Assembly (NCBI GenBank): GCA_040756875.1
Contig: JBFLYH010000002.1
Location: forward strand, 1 to 64,000
Direction: 5' to 3'
DNA from: a candidate division FCPU426 bacterium
Lineage (GTDB): Bacteria > Oederibacteriota > JAAXVQ01 > JAUVAV01
DNA: 64,000 nucleotides
Shown here: positions 1 to 9,423 of the stretch, one piece after another
How positions within the stretch are numbered: position 1 is the stretch's first letter
Layout of the letters: every line of letters starts with the position of its first letter
The notes under the pieces: model-generated
Told to the model about the DNA's origin: nothing
The model's database searches: none
The model's input: the letters and a program-made list of their open reading frames with translations, nothing else
Position numbers and translations under genes: made by a program

Positions 1-241
1 GGCGCGACGACAGCACCTGCGCCGCTTCCTCCGGGATCTCCAGCACTTTCCCCTCGACCTTCACCACGTTCCCGCTCCCTGGATATGCCTCGGCTTCGAA
101 CGCCCACGTCAGGTACGGGAACACGAAGGTCACCGTAACCATGAGCGAGATCGCCCGGGTAACGAGCCGCCAACTGGGCAAATGCCAGCAGCGCATGGGA
201 GATAGTTGACCTGTCCGAGGGAATGAATGAAGTCTCTGCAT
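1..241 (-). CDS. 5' fragment (runs off the window) of a probable large exported protein, paralogous to the N-terminus of 52439..60274
   Basis: Absent from the ORF track because it is truncated. My translation from the ATG at 241: MQRLHSFPRTGQLSPMRCWHLPSWRLVTRAISLMVTVTFVFPYLTWAFEAEAYPGSGNVVKVEGKVLEIPEEAAQVLSSR..., with no stop before the edge. An AAGGAG RBS lies upstream. P-x-x-x-WAF...Y...IP-x-E-x-AQ matches the 2611-aa protein. Confidence 0.8.
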   Translation of the reverse strand, partial: MQRLHSFPRTGQLSPMRCWHLPSWRLVTRAISLMVTVTFVFPYLTWAFEAEAYPGSGNVVKVEGKVLEIPEEAAQVLSSR

Positions 242-310
242 AGAGGCGTCACTCCTTAGAAATAGAGTAAACTATAATGAAATAGTTAGAAGGCTTTAGT
301 TGTACTAACA

Positions 311-339
311 AATTTATCATAAAATAAAACCCTAGTCAA
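311..339 (-). promoter_or_regulatory. sigma70-like promoter for the 1..241 gene
   Basis: TTGACT-17 bp-TAAATT with an extended -10 TG on the minus strand. The region is AT-rich, so chance matches are more likely. Confidence 0.5.
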
Positions 340-680
340 ATCGCAGACCAAATAAAAACATTTAATTTATTTAATAAAATGTATATGGTTTCATATTGAA
401 ACATATATTATTGGTTTTAGATATTAAACTGAATAAAAAATAATATTATTTTATAAGCTTATTAATAAAAATAGTTAACTTGACTAAAAATTTAATATCA
501 AAAAATAAATTCATCCTGGTTGGCTTCCAATTTACTAATAAGTAACAATTATTTATTAGGATTATTATCGGAAATCCCTAGAAAGGGTATACGGAAGGAA
601 TGGGATAAAGCAGGGTGAGCCCGCTGACCTGTGTTTCTCTTTGAAAACCAAAGTCCGGGATGTTTGCCAAGGGATGGAAC

Positions 681-1109
681 TTAGTCCACCAGATCGCCCA
701 GGCTCTGCATAATCATCAGGCTGGCGATCGGTCCGAAAACCGGGATCAGGGCGCACCCCAGATAAAGCCAATAGGCTTTGCGTTGCCAGGTTTTCAGCAG
801 CGGAAGCACGGATAGGATCGCCAGCACGTGAAGTCCAAAGGGCAGAAAAGAAACGGCCAGCATGACTCCCAGGGGCGACAGCCAGGGTTGGGCGCTCCAC
901 AGGACGGCGAGCATGGCAGCTTGCGGTTGGCGCCAAACGCTCAGATACAGCAAATGCGGCCAGGGGGTGTGCAGGCGCAGGTGGCTGATGGTGGTCAATA
1001 AAACAACAAACAGGCTGGCAGCCAGCACCGCCCAAGCAGAGGTGACAAAATCGTCCCACGCTTTTTTTTCGCTTTCAGGTGAAAACCGGGGGGCAAGACG
1101 CGGGCTCAT
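681..1109 (-). CDS. small multi-pass membrane protein, hypothetical
   Basis: Several hydrophobic segments. The ATG at 1109 overlaps the upstream TGA (ATGA coupling). Confidence 0.6.
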   Translation of the reverse strand: MSPRLAPRFSPESEKKAWDDFVTSAWAVLAASLFVVLLTTISHLRLHTPWPHLLYLSVWRQPQAAMLAVLWSAQPWLSPLGVMLAVSFLPFGLHVLAILSVLPLLKTWQRKAYWLYLGCALIPVFGPIASLMIMQSLGDLVD

Positions 1110-2071
1110 GGGCGCCTTTTCAACGGAAGCCACTTGCCGCCCAGCCAGCGCCGCAGGCGGCGCGCCTGGCGGCGGGGCGAAAGCAACTCAACCTGGATCC
1201 AGAAGGAGTAGGGCTCTCCGGGCAGCAACTGCAAGGAATGCTCCGGCTCCAGCAGATCGCGCTTGCTGGTGCAAGGCTCCAGGGCCGCGCAGATCCACTG
1301 TTCAGGGTCCGGATGCCGTTCGTCCAACGGAATTCCCAGCGATAACCATATGCCCAGGTAAGGAAGTTTTTCCGCGTCCCAGGTCCAGCGCAGGGCCTCG
1401 CCCGTGCGCGGGAAAGTGACCAAAGCCGGCCCTGGCGTTTTGGCGAACCATTTCCCGGCCAGTTGGCGGTCAGGAGTGAAATGCGTGTCCAAACGGACCG
1501 TGGTGCCGTCGGTCTCCGTGGCCACGGGCCAGGGCTGGCGCCGTCCGCTTTTCAGGCGTCCGTTCTGCCCCAGCACGAGAAGCTGGCGGATGTGCGAAAG
1601 CCTGATTCGGGAGTCAGGATCCACGGCCAGAATGGGATGGCTGGAATAAATGAACGGCAAAGGTTCCCGGCTCAGATTGAGGAACGTGTAGTCGAACAAC
1701 AGGCGGTTGGATTCCATCGGCGTGATAATGCGGGTCAGCATGACCGGCATGCCGTTCGGTTTGACCACCTTGGTGACCAGCTGCCGTTCGAACCGTTGCC
1801 CATGCCACGGCGTCCGCCACAGCACGCCGTGGTCCAGGGCCTGGGGCGCGGCGGAGGCGCCAACCGTGGGAAAGCATTCGTCCCACCCGCTGATGTCGTG
1901 CTCCAAATATTTTTCGCCCCGGGGGTTCCGCCGCGGATCGTGAAAAAGAAAATTCCGGCCGCTGCGCCGCGAGCGCAGGGCGCGGATTTTTCCGCCGTGC
2001 GCGAGATCCACGTCCGCGACCAGGTCGCCCGAAGAAATGCGCCAGCGGCGCTGGGAAAGACGGATGCTCAT
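1106..2071 (-). CDS. aldose 1-epimerase / galactose mutarotase-like protein
   Basis: GGKIRAL, GWDECFP, DHG, SSHP, LGIW and ALEPC motifs typical of the mutarotase-like beta-sandwich family; lies in a sugar cluster. Confidence 0.75.
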   Translation of the reverse strand: MSIRLSQRRWRISSGDLVADVDLAHGGKIRALRSRRSGRNFLFHDPRRNPRGEKYLEHDISGWDECFPTVGASAAPQALDHGVLWRTPWHGQRFERQLVTKVVKPNGMPVMLTRIITPMESNRLLFDYTFLNLSREPLPFIYSSHPILAVDPDSRIRLSHIRQLLVLGQNGRLKSGRRQPWPVATETDGTTVRLDTHFTPDRQLAGKWFAKTPGPALVTFPRTGEALRWTWDAEKLPYLGIWLSLGIPLDERHPDPEQWICAALEPCTSKRDLLEPEHSLQLLPGEPYSFWIQVELLSPRRQARRLRRWLGGKWLPLKRRP

Positions 2072-2087
2072 GCCGACGCCGCGCCCG

Positions 2088-5060
2088 TCAATACCCGATG
2101 CTGGTCCGCTGGCCCGGCTGGACGGTGACAGTGCGGTCGCCCACGGTCACTTTCATGGCCGAGGCGGCGCCCGGAGCCAGCGTGACCGTGACCTGGCGGT
2201 GGTTCAAGCTGACCTCCAGCCAGCGGTTGCGGTGCAGGAGCTTGAAACGCAGGCCTTTCCAGCGCTTGGGCAACTTGGGCGTGAAGGCAAACCCATTGTC
2301 CCTCAAGCGCATGCCCGCAAATCCCATGACCGCGGCCTGCCAGGTCCCTCCCACGCAGGCCGAATGCACGCCCAGATAGGAGTTCTCCATGGTGTCGTCC
2401 AAATCCAGGCGGGCGTTCAGGTCCCAGTATTTCAGGGCTTCCTCCGGCCGGTCAAGCTGGGCGGCCATGATGGCGTGGGTGTTGTAAGAAAGCGAAGAGT
2501 CGTGGCAGGTCTTGGGCTCGTAAAAATTCCACGCCGCTTCCTTCTGCTCCCGGGTGAAGTCGTCCGGGAACAGGGCCATGAGCAGCAGCACGTCGGCCTG
2601 CTTGACGATGTTCAGCCGCAGCAGGGTGTCCCAGGACACGCCGAGCTCGGTGATGATTTTCTTCCCGGGCTTCAGGGCCTTCATGTCGAAAGGTTCGCGG
2701 TCCAGAAACGAGTCGTCTTCGATGTAAAGCTTCTTCGCAGGGTCGTAGTTGATGAACATTCGGTCCGCGGCCTTTTTCCAGGAGGCGAGTTCCTCCTCGG
2801 TGAGCTTGAGTTTGGCGGCCAGGGCCTGCCAGCGTTTCGGCGCCTTGGCTTTAAGGGTTTCGGCCAGCTTGAGGCCCGAACGCAGGCAGTACCGGGCGTG
2901 CCAGTTGGTGTACGTGTTGTTATGGACCACGCCGTCGTACTCATTGGGCCCTTTGACCGTGTTGATCACCACGGCGTTGCGCCGGGGGTTGTCGTAGGAA
3001 CGGCTCTGCCAGAAGCGGGCGATTTCCAAAACGATCTCCGCGCCGTATTGGTCCATGAAGTCCTGGTCGCCCGTGGCCTGGTGGTAATGCTCCAGGGCGT
3101 AGTGCACGTCGCCCACGATGTGCACGGCGATGTTGGCGTACTCCCAGTAATCCGCCTGCTCCTTGCCCGGATAGGAAGACATCCACGGGAACATGGCGCC
3201 CCGGAAAAACAGCCGCTTGGCTTTGTTGCGGGCCTCGGGCAGGGTTTGGTAGCGGTATTCGGCCAGGGCGCGGGCGCTTTCCGGCCAGGTATAAATGTAA
3301 AACGGCATGATGAACAACTCGGTGTCCCAGAAGCAGTTGCCGTAGTGCATTTCCGCGGTCAAACCGCGCGAGCCGATGTTCACGCGGTTGTCGCGGGGGT
3401 TCGCGAACTGCACCAGGTGGAAAATGGAAAACCGCAGGGCTTGCTGGTCGCTGGCGTGCCCGTCCACGACCACGTCGCCCGCGCGCCAGCGCCGGCACCA
3501 GGCCGCGGCATGGGCCGCGGCCGCGGTTTCGAACCCGGCGGCCAGGGCCTGCTTGGCCACGGCATCCGCGGTTGTAACCAAGCGAGCGGCAGCCACGCCT
3601 TCCCGCGTGGCCGCGAACCCGACCATTTTTTCCAGCCGGTAGGCCTGGCCGCGCTTCACGCGCAGGCTGAGCTTCTTCGTTATTTGCTTGGCCGTTTTGG
3701 CCGCGGCGGACTTTGCCGGACAGGAAAGCCGCAGGCGAACCGCCTGGGCCACCTGGTGGGGATTGCGCTTGGTGCGGACAACCTGGTGGTAGGCGTCCTG
3801 CCCCAGGCTGCCGTTGGACACGGGCTCCACGAAATAATAGCGCTCGGGTCGCAGCTGGTAGCCGCCTTTATGAAAATCGATGTTGTCCACCCCGGCGTCC
3901 AGCTGGTTTTCGATTTCCACGCTGCCGGACCAGTTCAGGGGCTGGAAGACGGCCTCCATCGCGGCCAGATGCGGCTCGGCCAGGGACACCAACCGCCGGA
4001 AGGTAAAGGCCGTTTGCTTGCCTGTGGCGTCCTGCCAGACGAAGGAGCGCGTCAGGATTCCGCGGTACATGTCCAGCTCCCGGCGGTAGTTCTTCACTTT
4101 GCCCCTGGTCATGGACATGGCCTGCCCGTTAAGGCGGAAGCGGGTGATGAACGGAAAGGGCAGGTTGACGATCGCCTGGTACCAGGATTCATAGGCATCG
4201 AAGACGCCGGCCATGAAGGTGCCGGGCCTGGAATCCGGATACGGCAGGTCGTGTTCCTCCACGCTGCCGCGGACACCGATGGTGCCGTTGGCCAGGGCAA
4301 AGAGCGATTCATACAGCGCCTGCCCGGGCTGACGGAAGCCTTTTTCCTCGACGCACCAGGTGCTGTCCTTGAGCGCGGTTTGCACCGGGTGCAGGGCCGG
4401 GTCAGCAGGGACCGGCGCGCCTTCCAGCAAGTGCAGGATATCGGCCAGGCTGACATGGTCCAGCCCGGAAACCACCCGTTCGGCCTGCCCCAGGGACTCG
4501 GGCTTGCCCACGCCCAGGGTGTGCATGCCCGCGGCCGCGCCGGCTTCGATGCCAGACGCCGCGTCCTCCACCACCAGGCAGTCCTGCGGAGCTGCGCCCA
4601 GCCGCAGCGCGGACGTGATGAACAGTTCCGGGTCCGGCTTGCCCTTCTGAATGTCATTGCCGTCCACCACCGCGTCGAAGGCCTTTTCGAGCTGCAGGCG
4701 TTTGAGCACCAGGCGCGCGTTTTTCGAGGATGACGCCAGGGCGATCTTCAACCCCGCCTTCCGCAGCGCGGCCAAAAGGGGCCTGACGCCGGGCAGCGTG
4801 TCCGCCGGACGCAGGCGCGTAACCATGTCCAGGTAATAGCGGTTCTTGCGGTCCATGTACTCCTGGATCTTGTCCTCGCTGGGGGTGTATCCCAGCATGG
4901 CCAGCAGGGATTCCCGGCGCGGCACGCCGCGCAGCTTTTCATTCGCCTGTTCGTCGAAAGAAACGCCCAGTTCGTCGGCCAGGCGCTTCCAACCGCGGTA
5001 GTGGAACAGCGCCGTGTCCACGATCACTCCGTCCAGATCGAACAAAACCGCTTTACGCAT
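2088..5060 (-). CDS. beta-phosphoglucomutase (HAD) fused to a GH65 glycoside phosphorylase (kojibiose/maltose/trehalose phosphorylase-like)
   Basis: N-terminal FDLDGVIVDT, ASSSKNA, GKPDPE, VEDAASG (beta-PGM). C-terminal ESLFALANG, FWDTE, GPNEY, KQADV, HDSSLS (GH65). Confidence 0.9.
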   Translation of the reverse strand: MRKAVLFDLDGVIVDTALFHYRGWKRLADELGVSFDEQANEKLRGVPRRESLLAMLGYTPSEDKIQEYMDRKNRYYLDMVTRLRPADTLPGVRPLLAALRKAGLKIALASSSKNARLVLKRLQLEKAFDAVVDGNDIQKGKPDPELFITSALRLGAAPQDCLVVEDAASGIEAGAAAGMHTLGVGKPESLGQAERVVSGLDHVSLADILHLLEGAPVPADPALHPVQTALKDSTWCVEEKGFRQPGQALYESLFALANGTIGVRGSVEEHDLPYPDSRPGTFMAGVFDAYESWYQAIVNLPFPFITRFRLNGQAMSMTRGKVKNYRRELDMYRGILTRSFVWQDATGKQTAFTFRRLVSLAEPHLAAMEAVFQPLNWSGSVEIENQLDAGVDNIDFHKGGYQLRPERYYFVEPVSNGSLGQDAYHQVVRTKRNPHQVAQAVRLRLSCPAKSAAAKTAKQITKKLSLRVKRGQAYRLEKMVGFAATREGVAAARLVTTADAVAKQALAAGFETAAAAHAAAWCRRWRAGDVVVDGHASDQQALRFSIFHLVQFANPRDNRVNIGSRGLTAEMHYGNCFWDTELFIMPFYIYTWPESARALAEYRYQTLPEARNKAKRLFFRGAMFPWMSSYPGKEQADYWEYANIAVHIVGDVHYALEHYHQATGDQDFMDQYGAEIVLEIARFWQSRSYDNPRRNAVVINTVKGPNEYDGVVHNNTYTNWHARYCLRSGLKLAETLKAKAPKRWQALAAKLKLTEEELASWKKAADRMFINYDPAKKLYIEDDSFLDREPFDMKALKPGKKIITELGVSWDTLLRLNIVKQADVLLLMALFPDDFTREQKEAAWNFYEPKTCHDSSLSYNTHAIMAAQLDRPEEALKYWDLNARLDLDDTMENSYLGVHSACVGGTWQAAVMGFAGMRLRDNGFAFTPKLPKRWKGLRFKLLHRNRWLEVSLNHRQVTVTLAPGAASAMKVTVGDRTVTVQPGQRTSIGY

Positions 5061-5116
5061 GATTCCCTCTCCTCGTCAATTCTCTTTTTCGGGGGCAACC
5101 GCCATCGGCCGCCCGT

Positions 5117-7252
5117 TCACCGAAGCAAATCAAACACCTTGATCTCGCCTTCGCCCAGGGAGACGCTGGCTTTGACGCCGTTCTCATGGGGTTCCAGGGC
5201 GATTTCCTCGCCTGAAAACAACTCGCGCAGCCTGCCCGTGGCGGGAGCGGGCAGCCAGACATGCGGTTCGGCCGGGTGCTTTTTATCCAGGTTGCTGACG
5301 ATCAGCCATCCGCCCTGGTCATCGGTCAGGAGATCGGCCCGCACTTTGCCGCCGTGAACGCGGGGCTGGGGGCTGAGCGGCGCCAGGCCGACCAGCCCGC
5401 GCAGGAGCTGCATTTCATTCTCCCCGCGGTTTTTCCAAATCTCGTGCCCCAATACGGTGCCGATATAAACCGCTTGTCCCTGCCCGAAGGCATTCCGGGT
5501 CACCGCCGCTTCGCCGCCGGCGAATTCCGCCAGCACTTCCGCGCCTGCGGGGAGCAGGGTTTCCTCGCAGATCATCCCGTGCACGGTCTGGCCGGCCGCG
5601 ATCCCGGGCAATTCCTGCTTGATGAGCAGCTCGGCCCGCTCGCCGTTCCAGTCCCGTCGCGCGCGCACCAGGTCCTGACGGCAGCCGAATACTTCATGAA
5701 ACCCGAAGCCGGGGATGGCGGTTTGCCAGCGCCCGTCCCGGGGATTGACGGCCCCCCAGTGGCTCTCCGCGATGAGCGTGCCTCCGGCAGCCACCCACTC
5801 CTTGACGGCCGCGAGCAGCTCCGGCTCCAGATACATGGGCATGGCCGCGAGCAGGACTTTGTACTTTTTCAGTATTCCGGCGGCGATCTCCTTCGGGTGC
5901 ACCAGGTCCGTGACCAGCGACTGCTCGTACAGCGCCAGGTGCAGGCCCTGCAGGGAATCGTAGTAAAAATATTCGGAGCCGTAGGAGAGCCAGGAAAACA
6001 GTTGGCAGTCCGGAGACCACAGGAGCGCGATTTCCGCTGGCTGCCGGCGCAGGCGCCGGACCCGTTCCGTCTGCCCGATCAGGACGCGGAAATTCTTTTC
6101 CACCTCGCTCAGCCAGGGCGTTTCGGAGCCGTCCGGTTTGGTCAATCCCCAGGCCGGCGCCTCCCGCCCCAGCAGCTCCGGCCGGTACTGCCAATACTGG
6201 AAACCGGTGAAGCCGGCGGCCAAAGGCACGAAGGTGAAAAACTTGATGTCCCGCGCCGTGGGGGCGTAGGGAAAAAACATGGTCATGCCGGGCGTGGCGT
6301 GGATTTCCGAGCTCCACAGCGGCTTGCCCTTGGCCGCGCTCCGCATCAGGTCGCAGGCGAAAGGATCGTCCGTCAGTGTGGCGCCGTGCAGATCCCCCGG
6401 TTCGGCCATCCGCCAGATATCCACGGCCGTGGACATCAGGTCGAAGTATTTCGGAGAGTGGGTGTGGATCATGACCGGATGCTCCGCGTCGTCCGCGCGC
6501 ACCGCGGCCATGAAATCCTGGTTGGCCTGGCACATGCGGTCCATGTGGAAATGGCGCCAGTCCGTCATGGGCGTAAAGGTGTCGCGCGAGACCGGCGTCT
6601 CCACGTCCTGCCAGCGCCGGTAGTTCTTCGCCCAAGCGGCGTTGAGTTCGGCGATCGTACGGTACCGCGTCTCCAGCCAGGCAAGGAACTTGGACTGGCA
6701 GGAGTCGCAATAGCACGTAAGAAAATCAAGGTTGGTCTCAGTCCGCCCCACCATCCGGACCAGGGACTGGCCCAGGTCCGGTTCGCCCCAGGAGTTCCAC
6801 ACGGCCAGGGCCGGATGTTTGCGGTAGCGTTTCACCGTTTCACGGATGAACGCCAGCCGGATGCGGGCGCTGGCGTCGTGGTTGAGGCAAGCGCAGCCCA
6901 CGCCCCCGATCTGCCGGGCCGCCGTGTCCTGCGGCCCGAGGGTCCTGCCCCAGACGGTTTTGAGCGTGGCCTCAGGGAATTTTTGTATCACCCAGGCAGG
7001 CGCATTGTCGTGCTTAAGCGACAGGCCGACCTTGAGTCCCAGGCCGCCGGCCAGGTCCATCAGCCGGTCCAGTTCCGAAAATTGGTAAACCCCTTCGTCG
7101 GGGTTCTGCCAGCGCCACATGGCCCAAAACTGCACAAAGTTGAAACCCCTGGCCTTCATGGCCTTCAGGTCTTTTTCCCATTCGCCCGGCAGCGGCGAAG
7201 GCGGCCGGTAATAGTGCGCCCCGCAGGGGATATACTCTGGCAAACCCGCCAT
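5117..7252 (-). CDS. GH42-family beta-galactosidase-like glycoside hydrolase
   Basis: GAHYY...WEKDLKAMK, YQFSELDRLMD, W-N-S-W-G-E-P acid/base region, CYCDSC metal site, WSSE nucleophile region and a trimerisation-like C-terminus. Start placed at ATG 7252 after an AGAAAGGG RBS. Confidence 0.85.
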   Translation of the reverse strand: MAGLPEYIPCGAHYYRPPSPLPGEWEKDLKAMKARGFNFVQFWAMWRWQNPDEGVYQFSELDRLMDLAGGLGLKVGLSLKHDNAPAWVIQKFPEATLKTVWGRTLGPQDTAARQIGGVGCACLNHDASARIRLAFIRETVKRYRKHPALAVWNSWGEPDLGQSLVRMVGRTETNLDFLTCYCDSCQSKFLAWLETRYRTIAELNAAWAKNYRRWQDVETPVSRDTFTPMTDWRHFHMDRMCQANQDFMAAVRADDAEHPVMIHTHSPKYFDLMSTAVDIWRMAEPGDLHGATLTDDPFACDLMRSAAKGKPLWSSEIHATPGMTMFFPYAPTARDIKFFTFVPLAAGFTGFQYWQYRPELLGREAPAWGLTKPDGSETPWLSEVEKNFRVLIGQTERVRRLRRQPAEIALLWSPDCQLFSWLSYGSEYFYYDSLQGLHLALYEQSLVTDLVHPKEIAAGILKKYKVLLAAMPMYLEPELLAAVKEWVAAGGTLIAESHWGAVNPRDGRWQTAIPGFGFHEVFGCRQDLVRARRDWNGERAELLIKQELPGIAAGQTVHGMICEETLLPAGAEVLAEFAGGEAAVTRNAFGQGQAVYIGTVLGHEIWKNRGENEMQLLRGLVGLAPLSPQPRVHGGKVRADLLTDDQGGWLIVSNLDKKHPAEPHVWLPAPATGRLRELFSGEEIALEPHENGVKASVSLGEGEIKVFDLLR

Positions 7253-7362
7253 GTCACAACCCTTTCTCAGCCCTGTCCTATGTGCCGGTCTCTCGGCGAT
7301 CATCAGCAACAGGGTAAAAAAATTCCCTCCAAGGACTGGAGGGACGGGGAAAAACGTGTCAC

Positions 7363-7391
7363 ATAATAACCAACGGTTTCCGAATAGTCAA
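7363..7391 (-). promoter_or_regulatory. sigma70-like promoter of the sugar cluster
   Basis: TTGACT-17 bp-TATTAT on the minus strand. Confidence 0.55.
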
Positions 7392-7500
7392 GCGTTCATC
7401 CCGGCCGGGCCGCCCGCCGGAGCGCCCGAAAAACCCGCAGTCCGGGAGGGGTTGTATTATATAATGGAGCCCACATTCCATCGTCCGGCGAGGTGCCGCA

Positions 7501-9414
7501 ATGAATTCCACCCCCCAGCCCGCTTCACCCGCTTGGAGCGGACCCAAAACCTTTTTTCTGGCGTGCGCATTGCTCCTGTCCTTCGGATTGCAGGTGCACC
7601 CCCTGGCTGATCCGGACATCTACATGCACATGCGGGACGGGCGGTACTGGGTGGAGACCGGGTTCCAATTCGGCGCCGAGCCGTTCGTCTACACGGTGGC
7701 GGACAAGCCGATGGACAAAATCGAAGTCCTTTTTTCCGTGGGGCTCTACGGCCTGTGGCATCTGGGCGGGTTCCGCGCCTTGATTCTTGCGAAAGCCCTG
7801 ATCATGACCGCGGTCTTTTTCCTCCTGGGCCTCATCCTTTACCGGCGCTGGCCCAATCTGGCGGTCGCGGCCGGCGCGGCCATGGGGATTCAGCTGTTGC
7901 CCACCCTGTTGTTTTTCTTCCGCGAGCGCCCTTACCTTTTTACCTATCTGTTTCTCGTGCTCGCCATGTTCCTGCTCGAACGGTTCCGGCAGGCGCCCCG
8001 CGCCCCCCTGGGCCGTTCCCTGCTCCGCCTCTGGTGGCTGCCGGCCATCACCCTGGTCTGGGCGAATCTGCACCCCGGATTCATCGTCCTGTTCGTCCTG
8101 CTCGGCGCCCATGTGGCCGAGGAAGCGGTGACCCTTGTCCGCTCGGACCGCGACGACGGGGCCCGGGTTTGTTTCCAGGCCCTGGGCCTGGCCGCAGCTG
8201 CGGCCTTTTTAGCCGGCGCGCTCAACCCGCTGGGATTCGGCGTCTATACGTATGTGTTCCAGCATGTGGGTTCCGAAGCCTTCGCCGCTTTCATCTCGGA
8301 GTGGAACCCGCCCACCTTCGCCAAACACGGGGATTTCTTCGTACTGCTGACGCTGGTATGGCTGGGGCAGCTGGCCGGTTGGCGCCGTTGGCGCGTGTCC
8401 GACCTCCTGCCGCTGGCGGTGTTCTCGTATCTGGCCGTCCAATCGTACCGTCATATTCCTTTGTTCATTCTGGCCGCCTTGCCTCCGACCGTCAGCCAGG
8501 CCCGCAATTGGCTGCAGGCCGTCACCCGCAGGCAGCCGTGGCCCGCCCTCCCGGCCTGGTCCTGGCTGGCCGGCGGCGCGTTGGCCCTGCTGCTCCTGAC
8601 CGGGACCGCCGCCCTCGGCCGGGCCGGCCATCTGAGCGAACTGCCTGATTATTATCCCGTGGCGGGCGTGGCCTGGATCCAGCAGGAACCGAGCAGCGGA
8701 CGCTGGTTCACGCCCATGGCCTGGAGCGGCTATCTGGGCTGGGAAACGCACGGACAAAAGCAGGTGTTCATCGACGGCAGGCTCATGATGTTCGGCGGAA
8801 AAGTTTTCGAAGACTACATTCAAATCAGCACCGGCGAGCCCAAGCTGTGCCAGGCCCTGCTGGATCAATACGACGTCCAGGGCATCCTGTCCTACACCGA
8901 TGACCCCACGGGACATGAAAACCACCTGAAGCTTTTCTCCCGCCTGGAGGAGTCCGGGCAATGGGCGCTGGTGTATTGGGACCATATCTGCCACATTTAC
9001 GTCAGACGCGGCGGTCCCAACCAGGCGTTGATCGACCGTTTCGAATACCGGGCCGTCACGCCCTGGAAACCGCTGCCTTATTGTTTCACGTTATCGGACA
9101 TGGATGCGACGCTGAAAGAAATCCGGCACGCCCAGGAAACCACGCCTGCGTCCTATTTGCCGTGGTTTTTCGAGGGGCAAATCGCCCTCAACCGCAACCA
9201 GAACGAGGAGGCGGTCCGGGCGTTTCAGCTGGCGTTGAAATTGGAGCCCGGCTTGTATACGGCCTATTATAATTTGGGAATGATCGCGCTTAGAACGGGG
9301 GATTCGGCCGGGGCGGAAGCGATGCTGCGTAAATCCCTGTCCCTGAACCCCAAACCCGAACACCGCAAGGAAATCCTCAAACTGCTCGACCGCGCGCAGG
9401 GAAAATGGGATTAA
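7501..9414 (+). CDS. polytopic membrane protein, putative GT-C-fold glycosyltransferase, with C-terminal TPR repeats
   Basis: D-x-D-x-x-x-H-x-x-x-G after the first TM, then RP, WANLHPGF, ISEWNPP and FIDGR motifs, many TMs and TPR-like AYYNLG helices. Confidence 0.65.
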   Translation: MNSTPQPASPAWSGPKTFFLACALLLSFGLQVHPLADPDIYMHMRDGRYWVETGFQFGAEPFVYTVADKPMDKIEVLFSVGLYGLWHLGGFRALILAKALIMTAVFFLLGLILYRRWPNLAVAAGAAMGIQLLPTLLFFFRERPYLFTYLFLVLAMFLLERFRQAPRAPLGRSLLRLWWLPAITLVWANLHPGFIVLFVLLGAHVAEEAVTLVRSDRDDGARVCFQALGLAAAAAFLAGALNPLGFGVYTYVFQHVGSEAFAAFISEWNPPTFAKHGDFFVLLTLVWLGQLAGWRRWRVSDLLPLAVFSYLAVQSYRHIPLFILAALPPTVSQARNWLQAVTRRQPWPALPAWSWLAGGALALLLLTGTAALGRAGHLSELPDYYPVAGVAWIQQEPSSGRWFTPMAWSGYLGWETHGQKQVFIDGRLMMFGGKVFEDYIQISTGEPKLCQALLDQYDVQGILSYTDDPTGHENHLKLFSRLEESGQWALVYWDHICHIYVRRGGPNQALIDRFEYRAVTPWKPLPYCFTLSDMDATLKEIRHAQETTPASYLPWFFEGQIALNRNQNEEAVRAFQLALKLEPGLYTAYYNLGMIALRTGDSAGAEAMLRKSLSLNPKPEHRKEILKLLDRAQGKWD

Positions 9415-9423
9415 GCCGGGATC

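Noticed and set aside
250-570. AT-rich tract as a replication origin
   Set aside because: I found no TTATCCACA-type DnaA boxes, and there is no dnaA/dnaN/gidA context.
565-1059. Alternative 164-aa minus-strand ORF
   Set aside because: It overlaps the better-supported coupled membrane-protein ORF and has no recognisable features.
2037-7366. Long plus-strand ORFs (898 aa, 701 aa) and similar ones opposite the dcw genes
   Set aside because: Antisense shadows of well-supported minus-strand genes in high-GC DNA; they carry no motifs.
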